Shown here: positions 26,343 to 34,831 of the stretch, one piece after another | Position numbering within the stretch: position 1 is the stretch's first letter | Layout of the letters: every line of letters starts with the position of its first letter | From: Polyangiaceae bacterium | GTDB taxonomy: Bacteria; Myxococcota_A; Polyangia; Polyangiales; Polyangiaceae | Length of the DNA: 64,000 nt | Direction: 5' to 3' | Assembly: GCA_044222475.1 (NCBI GenBank) | Contig: JBGANF010000002.1 | Coordinates: forward strand, 32,001 to 96,000 | Translations under genes and position numbers: made by a program | The notes under the pieces: generated by a model | The model's input: only the letters and a program-made list of their open reading frames with translations | What the model was told of the DNA's origin: nothing | Database searches by the model: none

Positions 26343-28295
26343 TCAGCTCCCTCCCTTGTCGGCGACTGCGGGGGTCGAGCCGTCGTCCGTCTTGGGCGCC
26401 GGCAGCTTGACCTCCGGCGTTGCCTCGGGCTTGCGCGCGAGCAGCTTCAGCGGGCCTTCGTAGAAGGCCGGTCCAGGGTGCGCTGCGATGCGACCTTCGT
26501 AGTCGCTCTGGACGCGGGCGGCCGCGCCCTCGATCTGGCTGACGAAGATCTTCGGGAAGATGCCGATGACGAAGATCATGACGACGAGCGGGAAGAGCGC
26601 GAGGAGCTCGCGGCCGTTCACGTCGGAGAGCTTCGCGTTCTCCTTCTTCGTGATCGGACCGAAGAACACCTTCTGCACCACGGTCAGCATGTAGAGCGCG
26701 CCGAGGATGACGCCGACCGCGGCTCCGACGGCCTGCACGCCGTTGAAGTGCCCGAGCTTCGTCGAAGCGAACGTCCCGGTGATGACCAGGAACTCGCCGA
26801 CGAAGCCGTTCGTGCCGGGGAGGCCGATGCTCGCCAGGGTGGCTACGATGAAGATTGCAGTATACACAGGCATCGACTTCGCGAGCCCGCCGAAGTCCTC
26901 GATGCGGCGCGTGTGCCGGCGATCGTAGACGACGCCGACGAGGAGGAAGAGCGCGCCGGTCGACACGCCGTGGTTCACCATCTGCAGGATGGAGCCCTGC
27001 AGCGACGCGGGCGTCGCGGCGAAGAGGCCGAGCATCACGTAGCCGAGGTGAGCCACCGACGAGTACGCGACGAGCCGCTTCACGTCGTCCTGCTTCCAAG
27101 CGCAGAGCGCGCCGTAGACGATCCCGCCCAGCACCGCGAAGCCGGCGAGGGTCGGCCCGTAGTCGTTGCACGCCTCGGGGAAGAGCCCCATGCAGAAGCG
27201 GAGGTACCCGTAGGTGCCGAGCTTCAGCATGACGGCCGCCAGCACGACCGAGCCGCCGGTCGGCGCCTCGGTGTGGGCGTCGGGCAACCACGTGTGCACC
27301 GGGAACATCGGCACCTTGATGACGAACGCCAAGGTGAACGCGAAGAACAACCACTTCTGCACGTGGTGCGGGAGCAGCACGCGCTGGAGGTCGAAGTAGT
27401 CGAAGCTGGGACCGCCCGACAGCTTCTCGTACTGGTACGCCAGGTACAGGATGGCGGCGAGCATCAGCACCGAGCCGACCATCGTGTAGATGAAGAACTT
27501 GATCGCCGCCTTGATGCGGTTCGACCCGCCCCACACGCCGATCATCACGTACATCGGCACGAGGCAGAGCTCGAAGAACAGGTAGAAGACGAAGATGTCG
27601 AGCGCGACGAACGCGCCGAGCAGCGCGCCTTCGAGGAGCAGGAGCGAGAAGCACCAGTCCTTCAGGCGCGTCGTGATCGAGCCGAACGACGCGTACGCCG
27701 CCACCGGCAAGATGAACGTCGTCAGGAGCACGAGCCACAGCGAGGCTCCGTCGATCGCGACGTGCCAGTGGATGCCGAAGCGAGCGATCCAGATGAAGTC
27801 CTGGTTGAAGTGGTAGCCGCGGCCCATGTCCACCGCGAGCAGGGGCAAGCTGAGCCCGAGCGTCGCGAGGAGGATGCCCATCGTCATCCACTGGAGCGTC
27901 TTGTGCGCCTGGCGCGGAGTGAACAGGACCGCGACCGCGCCCAGGATCGGGAGGCAGACGATCCACGCGAGCAGCGTGTGCGACTCGGTGACCGGTTCGG
28001 TCGGGATCTCGACCTCGGCGTCGTCCGCGACCCACATCTTGATGACGAAGAGCACCGCCGCCGCCGCCATCGCCGCGAGCGGGAGGCGAACCTTCCAGCC
28101 GTGGCTTCGCGGCGCGAGGTACGCCGCGAGCGCGGCGAGCATCACCGGCGTGGCGTGGTCGACGACGCGCCCGAGGACGAGCGCGAACAGGGTGTAGCCG
28201 AGGAGCGCGAGGCCCTGCGGCATCGTGATGCGCAGCGGGGTCTCCGGTGCCTCGACTTCGGGCGAGTCGTGCGAGTCGTGCGAGTGCGTAGCCAT
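26343..28295 (-). CDS. nuoM: NADH-quinone oxidoreductase subunit M (N-terminally extended)
   Basis: KFFIYT, IKVPMFPVHTWLPDAHTEAPT, LKLGTYG, GLPGTNGFVGEF. Confidence 0.95.
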   Translation of the reverse strand: MATHSHDSHDSPEVEAPETPLRITMPQGLALLGYTLFALVLGRVVDHATPVMLAALAAYLAPRSHGWKVRLPLAAMAAAAVLFVIKMWVADDAEVEIPTEPVTESHTLLAWIVCLPILGAVAVLFTPRQAHKTLQWMTMGILLATLGLSLPLLAVDMGRGYHFNQDFIWIARFGIHWHVAIDGASLWLVLLTTFILPVAAYASFGSITTRLKDWCFSLLLLEGALLGAFVALDIFVFYLFFELCLVPMYVMIGVWGGSNRIKAAIKFFIYTMVGSVLMLAAILYLAYQYEKLSGGPSFDYFDLQRVLLPHHVQKWLFFAFTLAFVIKVPMFPVHTWLPDAHTEAPTGGSVVLAAVMLKLGTYGYLRFCMGLFPEACNDYGPTLAGFAVLGGIVYGALCAWKQDDVKRLVAYSSVAHLGYVMLGLFAATPASLQGSILQMVNHGVSTGALFLLVGVVYDRRHTRRIEDFGGLAKSMPVYTAIFIVATLASIGLPGTNGFVGEFLVITGTFASTKLGHFNGVQAVGAAVGVILGALYMLTVVQKVFFGPITKKENAKLSDVNGRELLALFPLVVMIFVIGIFPKIFVSQIEGAAARVQSDYEGRIAAHPGPAFYEGPLKLLARKPEATPEVKLPAPKTDDGSTPAVADKGGS

Positions 28296-31048
28296 CAGTT
28301 CTGCCCCACTTCCAGCATGACCTTCTTCGCCTCACGCGGGACCTGCACCGTCGTGCTGGCCGCGAGGCCGCCGAGGTGCTTGCTGAAGACGTTCTTCGCT
28401 CGCAGCCGAACCGGACGCGAGGTCTCGAGGAGTTGATCCGGATCGGGATCGAGGTGGAGCTTCACCTCGATCTCGTCGGTGAAGCCTTCCTTCCCGACGG
28501 TCACCCATTTGTCGCCGGGGGCTTCGCACGAGAGGTGGCTCGACTGGAGATCGCCGAGCGCGTTGGCTTGGGCCTTCGCCTTGTCCTTCGGGTCGGCGAT
28601 GTCCTTCGTCTTGGTGTCGAAGGTGTCCTGCCACTGCTTCTTGTCCGGCTCGCAGTCGGCCCACTCGTAGCTGTAGTCGAGCATGCCGCCCGCGGGCGCG
28701 GTGGCGACGACCCAGTCACCGTCCTTCTGCTGAACCGTCGCGGCCGCGTGGGGCGCGACGTAGAACCACCCCATCACCGCCATGCCGACGACCATGATGG
28801 CCGCGTAGACGTGGACGACGCCGTTCTGGAAGGCGCGGAGCACGGTCCCGACCGCGGACACGAGGAACGCGGTGACCTTCGCGAGCACGAAGTCGACGCC
28901 GTTCTTGTCGATCGTCGCAGACGTGTCGGCGAGCGAGTCGACCGCACCGACGACGGCCCAGTCGTAGAGCTCGTCGACGTACCACTTGTTGAGCATGGCC
29001 TTGTGGAGCCCGGGCTGCGCCTCGGCGAGCGCCTTCGCCGGAGCTCCCTTCTGCGAGATGTACATGTAGTAGGCGATGGAGCTGCCGACGGCCCAGGCGC
29101 CGAAGCCCCCGGCCATGAGCGTCCACTCCATGCTCTCGCCGCCTTCCTTCATCTTCACCGCGCCGGCGGTCGACGCCTCGAAGACCGGCGACAGCCAGTG
29201 CTCGAGCGGGGTGAAGTGGAAGGGGCCCATGTTGAAGATGCCGGCGACGACCGCGCCGGTCGCCAGGACGATGAGCGGGACCGTCATCTGCCACGGCGAC
29301 TCGTGCGGGGCGTACCCCGGCACGCTCAAGTCTTCGTCGTGATGGTCGTCCTCGTGCCCCTTCGCTTCGCGGGCCTTCGCGGCCTTGGCGATCTGCGACG
29401 GGCGGCCGACCTTCCAGCCCCGGAACTCGCCGAAGAACGTGAGGAAGAGCGCGCGAAGCATGTAGAATGCAGTCATCGTCGCGGCGATGACGCCGGCGGC
29501 GTAGAGCGCGGTGCCGAGCCAGTGCGGCGCCGTCCACGGGACGTTCGGCGGGCTGCTGTGCGCCATCCGCTCCGTCATCGGGTTCTCGATGTGGTTCACG
29601 TACGCGCGGTAGAGGATCTCGTCCTTGGAGAAGAACCCGGACGTGAACGGCGTTCCGATGATCGCCGCGGTGGCGACCGCGAACGTCCAGAACGTGTACG
29701 GCATGTACTTCCGCAGGCCGCCCATCTGCCGCATGTCCTGCGACTTGTCGTCGTCGTGGATGCGGGCGTGCATCGCGTGGATGACGCTGCCCGCCCCGAG
29801 GAAGAGGCAGGCCTTGAAGAAGGCGTGGGTGAAGACGTGGAAGAAGCCGGCGGTGAACGCGCCGACGCCGACTCCGAGGAACATGAAGCCGAGCTGGCTC
29901 ACGGTGGAGTAGGCGAGGACCTTCTTGATGTCGTTCTGGACGAGCGCGATCGTCGCGGCCACGAGCGCGGTCGCGGCGCCGATGACGGCGACGACCATCA
30001 TCGCGAACGGCGAGAGCACGAAGACGAAGTTGAGCCGGCAGATGAGGTAGATGCCGGCGGTGACCATCGTCGCCGCGTGGATGAGGGCGGAGACCGGGGT
30101 TGGGCCGGCCATCGCGTCCGGGAGCCAGACGTAGAGCGGGATCTGCGCGCTCTTGCCGGTGCAGCCGAGGATGACCGCGAGGCACACGGCGGTGGCCGCG
30201 CTGACGGTCTTCGGGTTGTGCGGCTGGAGGAAGGCGAGGAAGCCTTCGTACCGACCGCCGCCGAGCGGCCAGAGGTGGATGCGCATCGCGTCCGACGCGG
30301 GATCGACGAGCGACGACGAGCCGTTCTCGATGCCTTGCCAGTCGAGCGCGCCGCAGTAGTGCGCGAAGAGGAACATCGCGCAGATGAGGCCGAAGTCGCC
30401 GATGCGGTTCGCGATGAAGGCCTTCTTGCCGGCCTGCGCGTTCGGCATCTTCTCGTACCAGAAGCCGATGAGGAGGTAGGAGCAGAGGCCGACGCCCTCC
30501 CAGCCGACGAAGAGGACGGGGAGGTTGTCCGCCATCACGAGCACGAGCATCGAGAAGACGAACAGGTTGAGGTAGGCGAAGAATCGCCAGTACCCCTTGT
30601 CGTCCTTCATGTACGAGCTCGCGTAGAGGTGGATCAGCGAGCCGATGCCGGTGATGACGAGCATCATCACGCTCGAGAGCGCGTCGACGCTGAACTTGAG
30701 CTGGATGGGGATGCGAGCGGCGAGGGGAGCGCCGGCGCTCGTGTGCCCGCCGCTGGTGGTCATCCACTCGAAGAGCGACCACGACAGACGGACGTGCTCG
30801 GACACCATCTTGCCGCCCTCTTCGTGGGCGCTGTGGCCGACCGACTGATCGAGGGCGATGAACGCCATCACCGAGGCGAGGAAGCTGATGACGACCGCGC
30901 CGATCGCCATGAAGCGAACCGCGGGCTTGCCGAGGCGCTTGCCCCAGATGCCGTTCACGAACGCGCCGAGGAGCGGCATCCCGAGGATGACCGCGAGCAG
31001 ACCGAAGTCGTCGTCGGGGAAGATGCTGCTTAGGAAGCCAGAAGCCAT
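28295..31048 (-). CDS. nuoL: NADH-quinone oxidoreductase subunit L (with insertions and a C-terminal extension)
   Basis: GWEGVGLCSYLLIGFW, NRIGD, GKSAQIPLYVWLPDAMAGPTPVSALIHAATMV, HAFFKA, FFSKDEI. Confidence 0.96.
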   Translation of the reverse strand: MASGFLSSIFPDDDFGLLAVILGMPLLGAFVNGIWGKRLGKPAVRFMAIGAVVISFLASVMAFIALDQSVGHSAHEEGGKMVSEHVRLSWSLFEWMTTSGGHTSAGAPLAARIPIQLKFSVDALSSVMMLVITGIGSLIHLYASSYMKDDKGYWRFFAYLNLFVFSMLVLVMADNLPVLFVGWEGVGLCSYLLIGFWYEKMPNAQAGKKAFIANRIGDFGLICAMFLFAHYCGALDWQGIENGSSSLVDPASDAMRIHLWPLGGGRYEGFLAFLQPHNPKTVSAATAVCLAVILGCTGKSAQIPLYVWLPDAMAGPTPVSALIHAATMVTAGIYLICRLNFVFVLSPFAMMVVAVIGAATALVAATIALVQNDIKKVLAYSTVSQLGFMFLGVGVGAFTAGFFHVFTHAFFKACLFLGAGSVIHAMHARIHDDDKSQDMRQMGGLRKYMPYTFWTFAVATAAIIGTPFTSGFFSKDEILYRAYVNHIENPMTERMAHSSPPNVPWTAPHWLGTALYAAGVIAATMTAFYMLRALFLTFFGEFRGWKVGRPSQIAKAAKAREAKGHEDDHHDEDLSVPGYAPHESPWQMTVPLIVLATGAVVAGIFNMGPFHFTPLEHWLSPVFEASTAGAVKMKEGGESMEWTLMAGGFGAWAVGSSIAYYMYISQKGAPAKALAEAQPGLHKAMLNKWYVDELYDWAVVGAVDSLADTSATIDKNGVDFVLAKVTAFLVSAVGTVLRAFQNGVVHVYAAIMVVGMAVMGWFYVAPHAAATVQQKDGDWVVATAPAGGMLDYSYEWADCEPDKKQWQDTFDTKTKDIADPKDKAKAQANALGDLQSSHLSCEAPGDKWVTVGKEGFTDEIEVKLHLDPDPDQLLETSRPVRLRAKNVFSKHLGGLAASTTVQVPREAKKVMLEVGQN

Positions 31049-31061
31049 GGTTATTCGGTTC

Positions 31062-31367
31062 CTAGTTCTTGAGGAGATCGGCTTCGTCGGTGCGAACGGT
31101 CCGGCGAATGCGGAAGAGGGCGATGACGATCGCGAGGCCGACGGCGACCTCGGCCGCCTCGGCCGCGATGAGGAAGAACGCGAACAGCTGCCCGGAGTGG
31201 TTGGCTGGCGCCGCGCGGTTGAAGGCGACGAGCGCGATGTTGACCGCGTTGAGCATCACTTCGATGCTCATGAGGGTCACGAGGACGTTGCGCCTCACGA
31301 GGAAGCCGACGCCGCCGATGATGAAGAGGAGCGCCGAGAGCGCGATGTAGTGCTCGGTCGGGATCAC
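31062..31367 (-). CDS. nuoK: NADH-quinone oxidoreductase subunit K
   Basis: RRNVLVTLMSIEVMLNAVN, AAEVAVGLA; GTGA overlap with nuoJ. Confidence 0.95.
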   Translation of the reverse strand: MIPTEHYIALSALLFIIGGVGFLVRRNVLVTLMSIEVMLNAVNIALVAFNRAAPANHSGQLFAFFLIAAEAAEVAVGLAIVIALFRIRRTVRTDEADLLKN

Positions 31368-31933
31368 GACTTCGACTCCTTGCCTTTGACCCACTCGGGG
31401 GTGCGGACCGGTTGGTCGCTCTTGTGGCGGCCGCGAGCGACGGCGACGGCGCCGACGATCGCGACCATGAGGAGCGCGCTCGAGAGCTCGAACGGAACGA
31501 CCGCGTCGTGGAAGAGCACGCGACCGATCGCGTCGACCGTGCCGTACTCCTCGGGGACTTTCTCCAGGACGATCGCGCGGTGCCAAGCCGGCCGGATCAC
31601 GAGGTACATCGCGAACAGCGACGTCACCGCGAAGAGCCCGCCGCCGGCGATGCGCGTGATGCGCCCGCGTTGGTCTTGGGGAGTGCTCGCCGCCGGACCG
31701 AGGAGCATGATGACGAACAAGAAGAGGACGACGATCGCGCCGGCGTAGACGATGAGCTGGATGATCGCGAGGAACTCGGCGTGGAGCGCGAGGAAGATCC
31801 CGGCCACGCTGACGATCATCGCGAGCAGCCCCATGGCGCCGCGGATCGGGTTCTTCGCCGTGACGGTGAAGAGCGCGCCCAGGACTGCCACCGCGGCACA
31901 CACGTAGAAGTAGACGTATCCAATCCCACTCAT
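31364..31933 (-). CDS. nuoJ: NADH-quinone oxidoreductase subunit J
   Basis: KNPIRGA, AEFLAIIQLIVYAGAIVVLFLFVIML, PFELSSALL. ATG at 31933. Confidence 0.95.
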   Translation of the reverse strand: MSGIGYVYFYVCAAVAVLGALFTVTAKNPIRGAMGLLAMIVSVAGIFLALHAEFLAIIQLIVYAGAIVVLFLFVIMLLGPAASTPQDQRGRITRIAGGGLFAVTSLFAMYLVIRPAWHRAIVLEKVPEEYGTVDAIGRVLFHDAVVPFELSSALLMVAIVGAVAVARGRHKSDQPVRTPEWVKGKESKS

Positions 31934-31947
31934 CGATCGCTCCTCGC

Positions 31948-33309
31948 CTAGCTCGGGATCACGAGCGTCGCGTCCTTGCGCTTGCGCTCCCCGCGGACGT
32001 ACGCCTCGAAGTCCTTGCGGAACTTCTTCAAGAAACCGAGCGCGGGCATCGCGGTGCCCTCGCCGAAGGCGCAGATCGTGTTGCCCATGATGTTGTTCGC
32101 GACGTCGTGGAGCTGATCGAGCTCGGCCATCGTCGCTTCGCCGTCGAGGATCTTGTCGACCGTGTGGAAGAGCCACGCGCTGCCTTCGCGGCAGGGCGTG
32201 CACTGGCCGCACGACTCGTGACGGTAGAACTGCATCAGGTTCTGCATCGCGAGCACCGGACAGGTGCCCTCCGCCAGGACCGTGACGCAGCACGTGCCGA
32301 GCATCGTGCCGACGCCGCGCATCGTGTCGACGCCGAGCGGAACGTCGAAGACGCTCTGCCCGTGCCACGGGTGCAGCGGGTTCTTCTCGTCCGGTGCGTC
32401 GACGAGCTCCTCGGGGCGGAGCACCGGAGTCGACGAGCCGCCGGGGATGACGCACATGACCTTGCGGTCGCCGAGGACGCCGCCGCCGATCTCGTGGATG
32501 AGCTCGTTGATGGTCGGACCGACCGCGAGCTCGACGACGCCCATGTTCTTCACGTGGCCGTTGACGCCGTAGAGGCGAACGCCGCCGTCACCGATCGAGT
32601 GCAGCGCCGAGAGCTTCGAGAACGCGTCGCAGCCGATGCGGAACGCGGTGGGCACCGCGGCGATCGTCTCGAGGTTGTTCACCGTCGACGGGTTGCCGAA
32701 CGCGCCGGCTTGCGCCGGGAACGGCGGCTTGAGCCGCGGCTCGCCGCGCTTGCCCTCGAGCGAGTTGAGGAGCGCCGTCTCTTCTCCGCAGATGTACGCG
32801 CCCGCGCCGGTGTGGACGTACACCTCGATCGGGTAGTCTTTGCCGAAGGGCGTCTTGCCGAGGTAGCCCTTCTTCTTCGCCTCGGCGATGGCGCCCCAGA
32901 GGCGGTCCTTCGACAGGTGCAGCTCGTCGCGGACGTAGATGTACGCGACGTGCGCGCCGATGCCGTAGCAGCCGATGATGCACCCCTCGATGACGGAGTG
33001 CGGGTTCAGCTCCATCAGCGTGCGATCCTTGTGAGTGCCCGGCTCGCCTTCGTCGGCGTTGATGACGAGGTACGCCTGCTTCGTCGGGTGGGGGCGCATG
33101 AAGCCCCACTTCACGCCCATCGGGAATCCGGCGCCGCCGCGACCGCGGATGTTCGCCTTCTTCGCTTCGTCGACGACTTGCTGCGTCGTCATCGTCGTGA
33201 GGACGGTGCGCGCGGTCTTGTAGCCTTCGAGCTCGCGCTCGTACGCGTCGAGCGACCAACCGTTGGGCTTGCCGTAGAGCTTGGTGAGGTAGTCGGTGCG
33301 CTTGATCAT
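31948..33309 (-). CDS. nuoF: NADH-quinone oxidoreductase subunit F
   Basis: RGRGGAGFP, NADEGEPG, GAGAYICGEETALLNSLEG, ESCGQCTPCREG...TIC. Confidence 0.96.
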   Translation of the reverse strand: MIKRTDYLTKLYGKPNGWSLDAYERELEGYKTARTVLTTMTTQQVVDEAKKANIRGRGGAGFPMGVKWGFMRPHPTKQAYLVINADEGEPGTHKDRTLMELNPHSVIEGCIIGCYGIGAHVAYIYVRDELHLSKDRLWGAIAEAKKKGYLGKTPFGKDYPIEVYVHTGAGAYICGEETALLNSLEGKRGEPRLKPPFPAQAGAFGNPSTVNNLETIAAVPTAFRIGCDAFSKLSALHSIGDGGVRLYGVNGHVKNMGVVELAVGPTINELIHEIGGGVLGDRKVMCVIPGGSSTPVLRPEELVDAPDEKNPLHPWHGQSVFDVPLGVDTMRGVGTMLGTCCVTVLAEGTCPVLAMQNLMQFYRHESCGQCTPCREGSAWLFHTVDKILDGEATMAELDQLHDVANNIMGNTICAFGEGTAMPALGFLKKFRKDFEAYVRGERKRKDATLVIPS

Positions 33310-33806
33310 CAGGGCCCAGCGCCTTTGGGCGCGTCTTGAAGTTTCTCGAGGATGGCGTCGACTTTTTCGAGCGTGAGGTTCTCGTGGTAGTCGCGATCGA
33401 CTTGCATCATCGGCGCGGTGCCGCAGCTCGCGAGGCACTCGGCGGTGCGCAGCGTGATCGCGCCGTCCGCGGTGGTCTCACCCGGCTTGATGCCGAGCTT
33501 CTTCTCGCAGTGATGGAGGATGCCGTCCGACCCGCGCAGCGCGCAGGGGAGCGTGCGGCACACCCACACCTGGTGGCGGCCGACGGGCTCGCGGTTGAAC
33601 AACGTGTAGAAGGTCACGACGCCCTGCACGTGCGCCGGCGGTACGTCGAGCCGATGGGCGACGAAGTGGACTACGTCCTCGCTGATCCAACCGTTCTGCT
33701 CTTGGCAGAGATGGAGCAACGGGATCGTGGCCGCCATCTTCGTCGGATAGCGCGTGAGGATTTCGGTGAGCTTCTGCTCGCGGTCGGCAGAGAGAGCAAA
33801 GGGCAT
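33309..33806 (-). CDS. nuoE: NADH-quinone oxidoreductase subunit E
   Basis: GVVTFY, CRTLPC and CLASC 2Fe-2S ligands; TGATG overlap with nuoF. Confidence 0.95.
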   Translation of the reverse strand: MPFALSADREQKLTEILTRYPTKMAATIPLLHLCQEQNGWISEDVVHFVAHRLDVPPAHVQGVVTFYTLFNREPVGRHQVWVCRTLPCALRGSDGILHHCEKKLGIKPGETTADGAITLRTAECLASCGTAPMMQVDRDYHENLTLEKVDAILEKLQDAPKGAGP

Positions 33807-33854
33807 TGGTTTCCGGCGCAAAATCGCGCAAATGAATCGCGAAATGCGCGGCGG

Positions 33855-33884
33855 ACGCTAGTGTCGAGGGTGCACGGGTGTCAA
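33855..33884 (-). promoter_or_regulatory. Sigma70-type promoter of the nuoEFJKLMN operon
   Basis: Minus strand TTGACA-N18-TAGCGT, about 50 bp upstream of the nuoE ATG. Confidence 0.6.
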
Positions 33885-33973
33885 GCGGTGGATCGCACCC
33901 GCGCACCTCTCTGCGCACCTTGACCTACACCCGGCGGATGCAGGGTATGCGTCGGCCAGCAATGCTTGCGCTC

Positions 33974-34081
33974 CAACGTCAGGGGCTTCGCCCCCGACAC
34001 CCCCGGCGAGAATTTCGGAGCTCCACGGCTTCGCCGCGAAGCTCCTCAGTCGGGGGCCCGCCCCCGACGTCCCCGGTCACC
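33974..34081 (-). repeat. Second dispersed copy of the three-hairpin REP-like element
   Basis: Aligns over its full length to 9520-9626, with substitutions that preserve pairing. Confidence 0.92.
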
Positions 34082-34096
34082 AGAGGGCAACAGCGC

Positions 34097-34696
34097 TCAG
34101 TGAACGTCGCCGCGAGAGATCCCGGTCGGGTAGATGCTCGAGTTGTACGCGCTGTACGGGATCGCGCGGTGATAGTGGTACGTGTGGCCCTGGATGTGGT
34201 GATGCTCGCGCCCCGCGCCGGGCGGCGCGATCGCGGGCGACTTCTCGATGCCGGAGTAGTCCTTCGCGCGCGCCACGAGCACCGAGCACGGAGCCATCCG
34301 AAACACTTGCGAGGCGACCGATCCGAGCACGAGCCGCTCGACGCCTTTTCGCCCGTGCGTACCGAGGAGGAGCAGATCCGCTTCGAGATCGGCGGCGACC
34401 TGCACCAAGGCTTCCGCGGTGCGTCCCAGCGCCACCGTCAAGCGCATGCGGGGCACACGGGGGTCCTCGATCGTCACCCGCCTCGAAAGCCACGTCTGCA
34501 TGTTCGAGTGCGCGTCCTCCAGCATGCGGCTCGCGACCGACGGGTTGTTCCGCACCGCAGCCTCGCTCCCAGCGACGACGTGCACGAAGTGCACTTCGGT
34601 CTGCGTCGACTGGAGAAACGTCTCGGCGAGCTTCCAAACCTCTTCGGCCGTCGGGTCGAGCTCGATGGCGGCGACGATGATCTGCTTAGTGGACAT
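34097..34696 (-). CDS. Universal stress protein with a His-rich C-terminal tail
   Basis: IIVAAIE, VHFVHV, ADLLLLGTHGRKGVERLVLGSVASQV..APCSVLV; RBS AAGGAGG. Confidence 0.92.
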   Translation of the reverse strand: MSTKQIIVAAIELDPTAEEVWKLAETFLQSTQTEVHFVHVVAGSEAAVRNNPSVASRMLEDAHSNMQTWLSRRVTIEDPRVPRMRLTVALGRTAEALVQVAADLEADLLLLGTHGRKGVERLVLGSVASQVFRMAPCSVLVARAKDYSGIEKSPAIAPPGAGREHHHIQGHTYHYHRAIPYSAYNSSIYPTGISRGDVH

Positions 34697-34727
34697 GGGA
34701 AGGATCCTCCTTGGCTGACCAGGGTAC

Positions 34728-34743
34728 TGCACGCATCGTGCCG
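34728..34743 (-). promoter_or_regulatory. Sigma54 (-24/-12) promoter for the USP gene
   Basis: Minus strand CGGCACG-ATGC-GTGCA with GG-N10-GC spacing; predicted start lies just upstream of the RBS. Confidence 0.65.
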
Positions 34744-34831
34744 TGGGTCATGGCGAACGTCGAACCTGCGCGGATTGTCCTTGAGACGTTTCGAAGTTGG
34801 GAAGTATGCTCCGCCGCTGCGGAGGTAGCGA

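Noticed and set aside
26835..26875. Short AT-richer codon patches inside genes (also near 4300-4370, 5060-5095, 25115-25135)
   Set aside because: Reading frames and protein motifs are intact and I found no shared motif. Without statistics they cannot be told apart from random variation or weak internal promoters.
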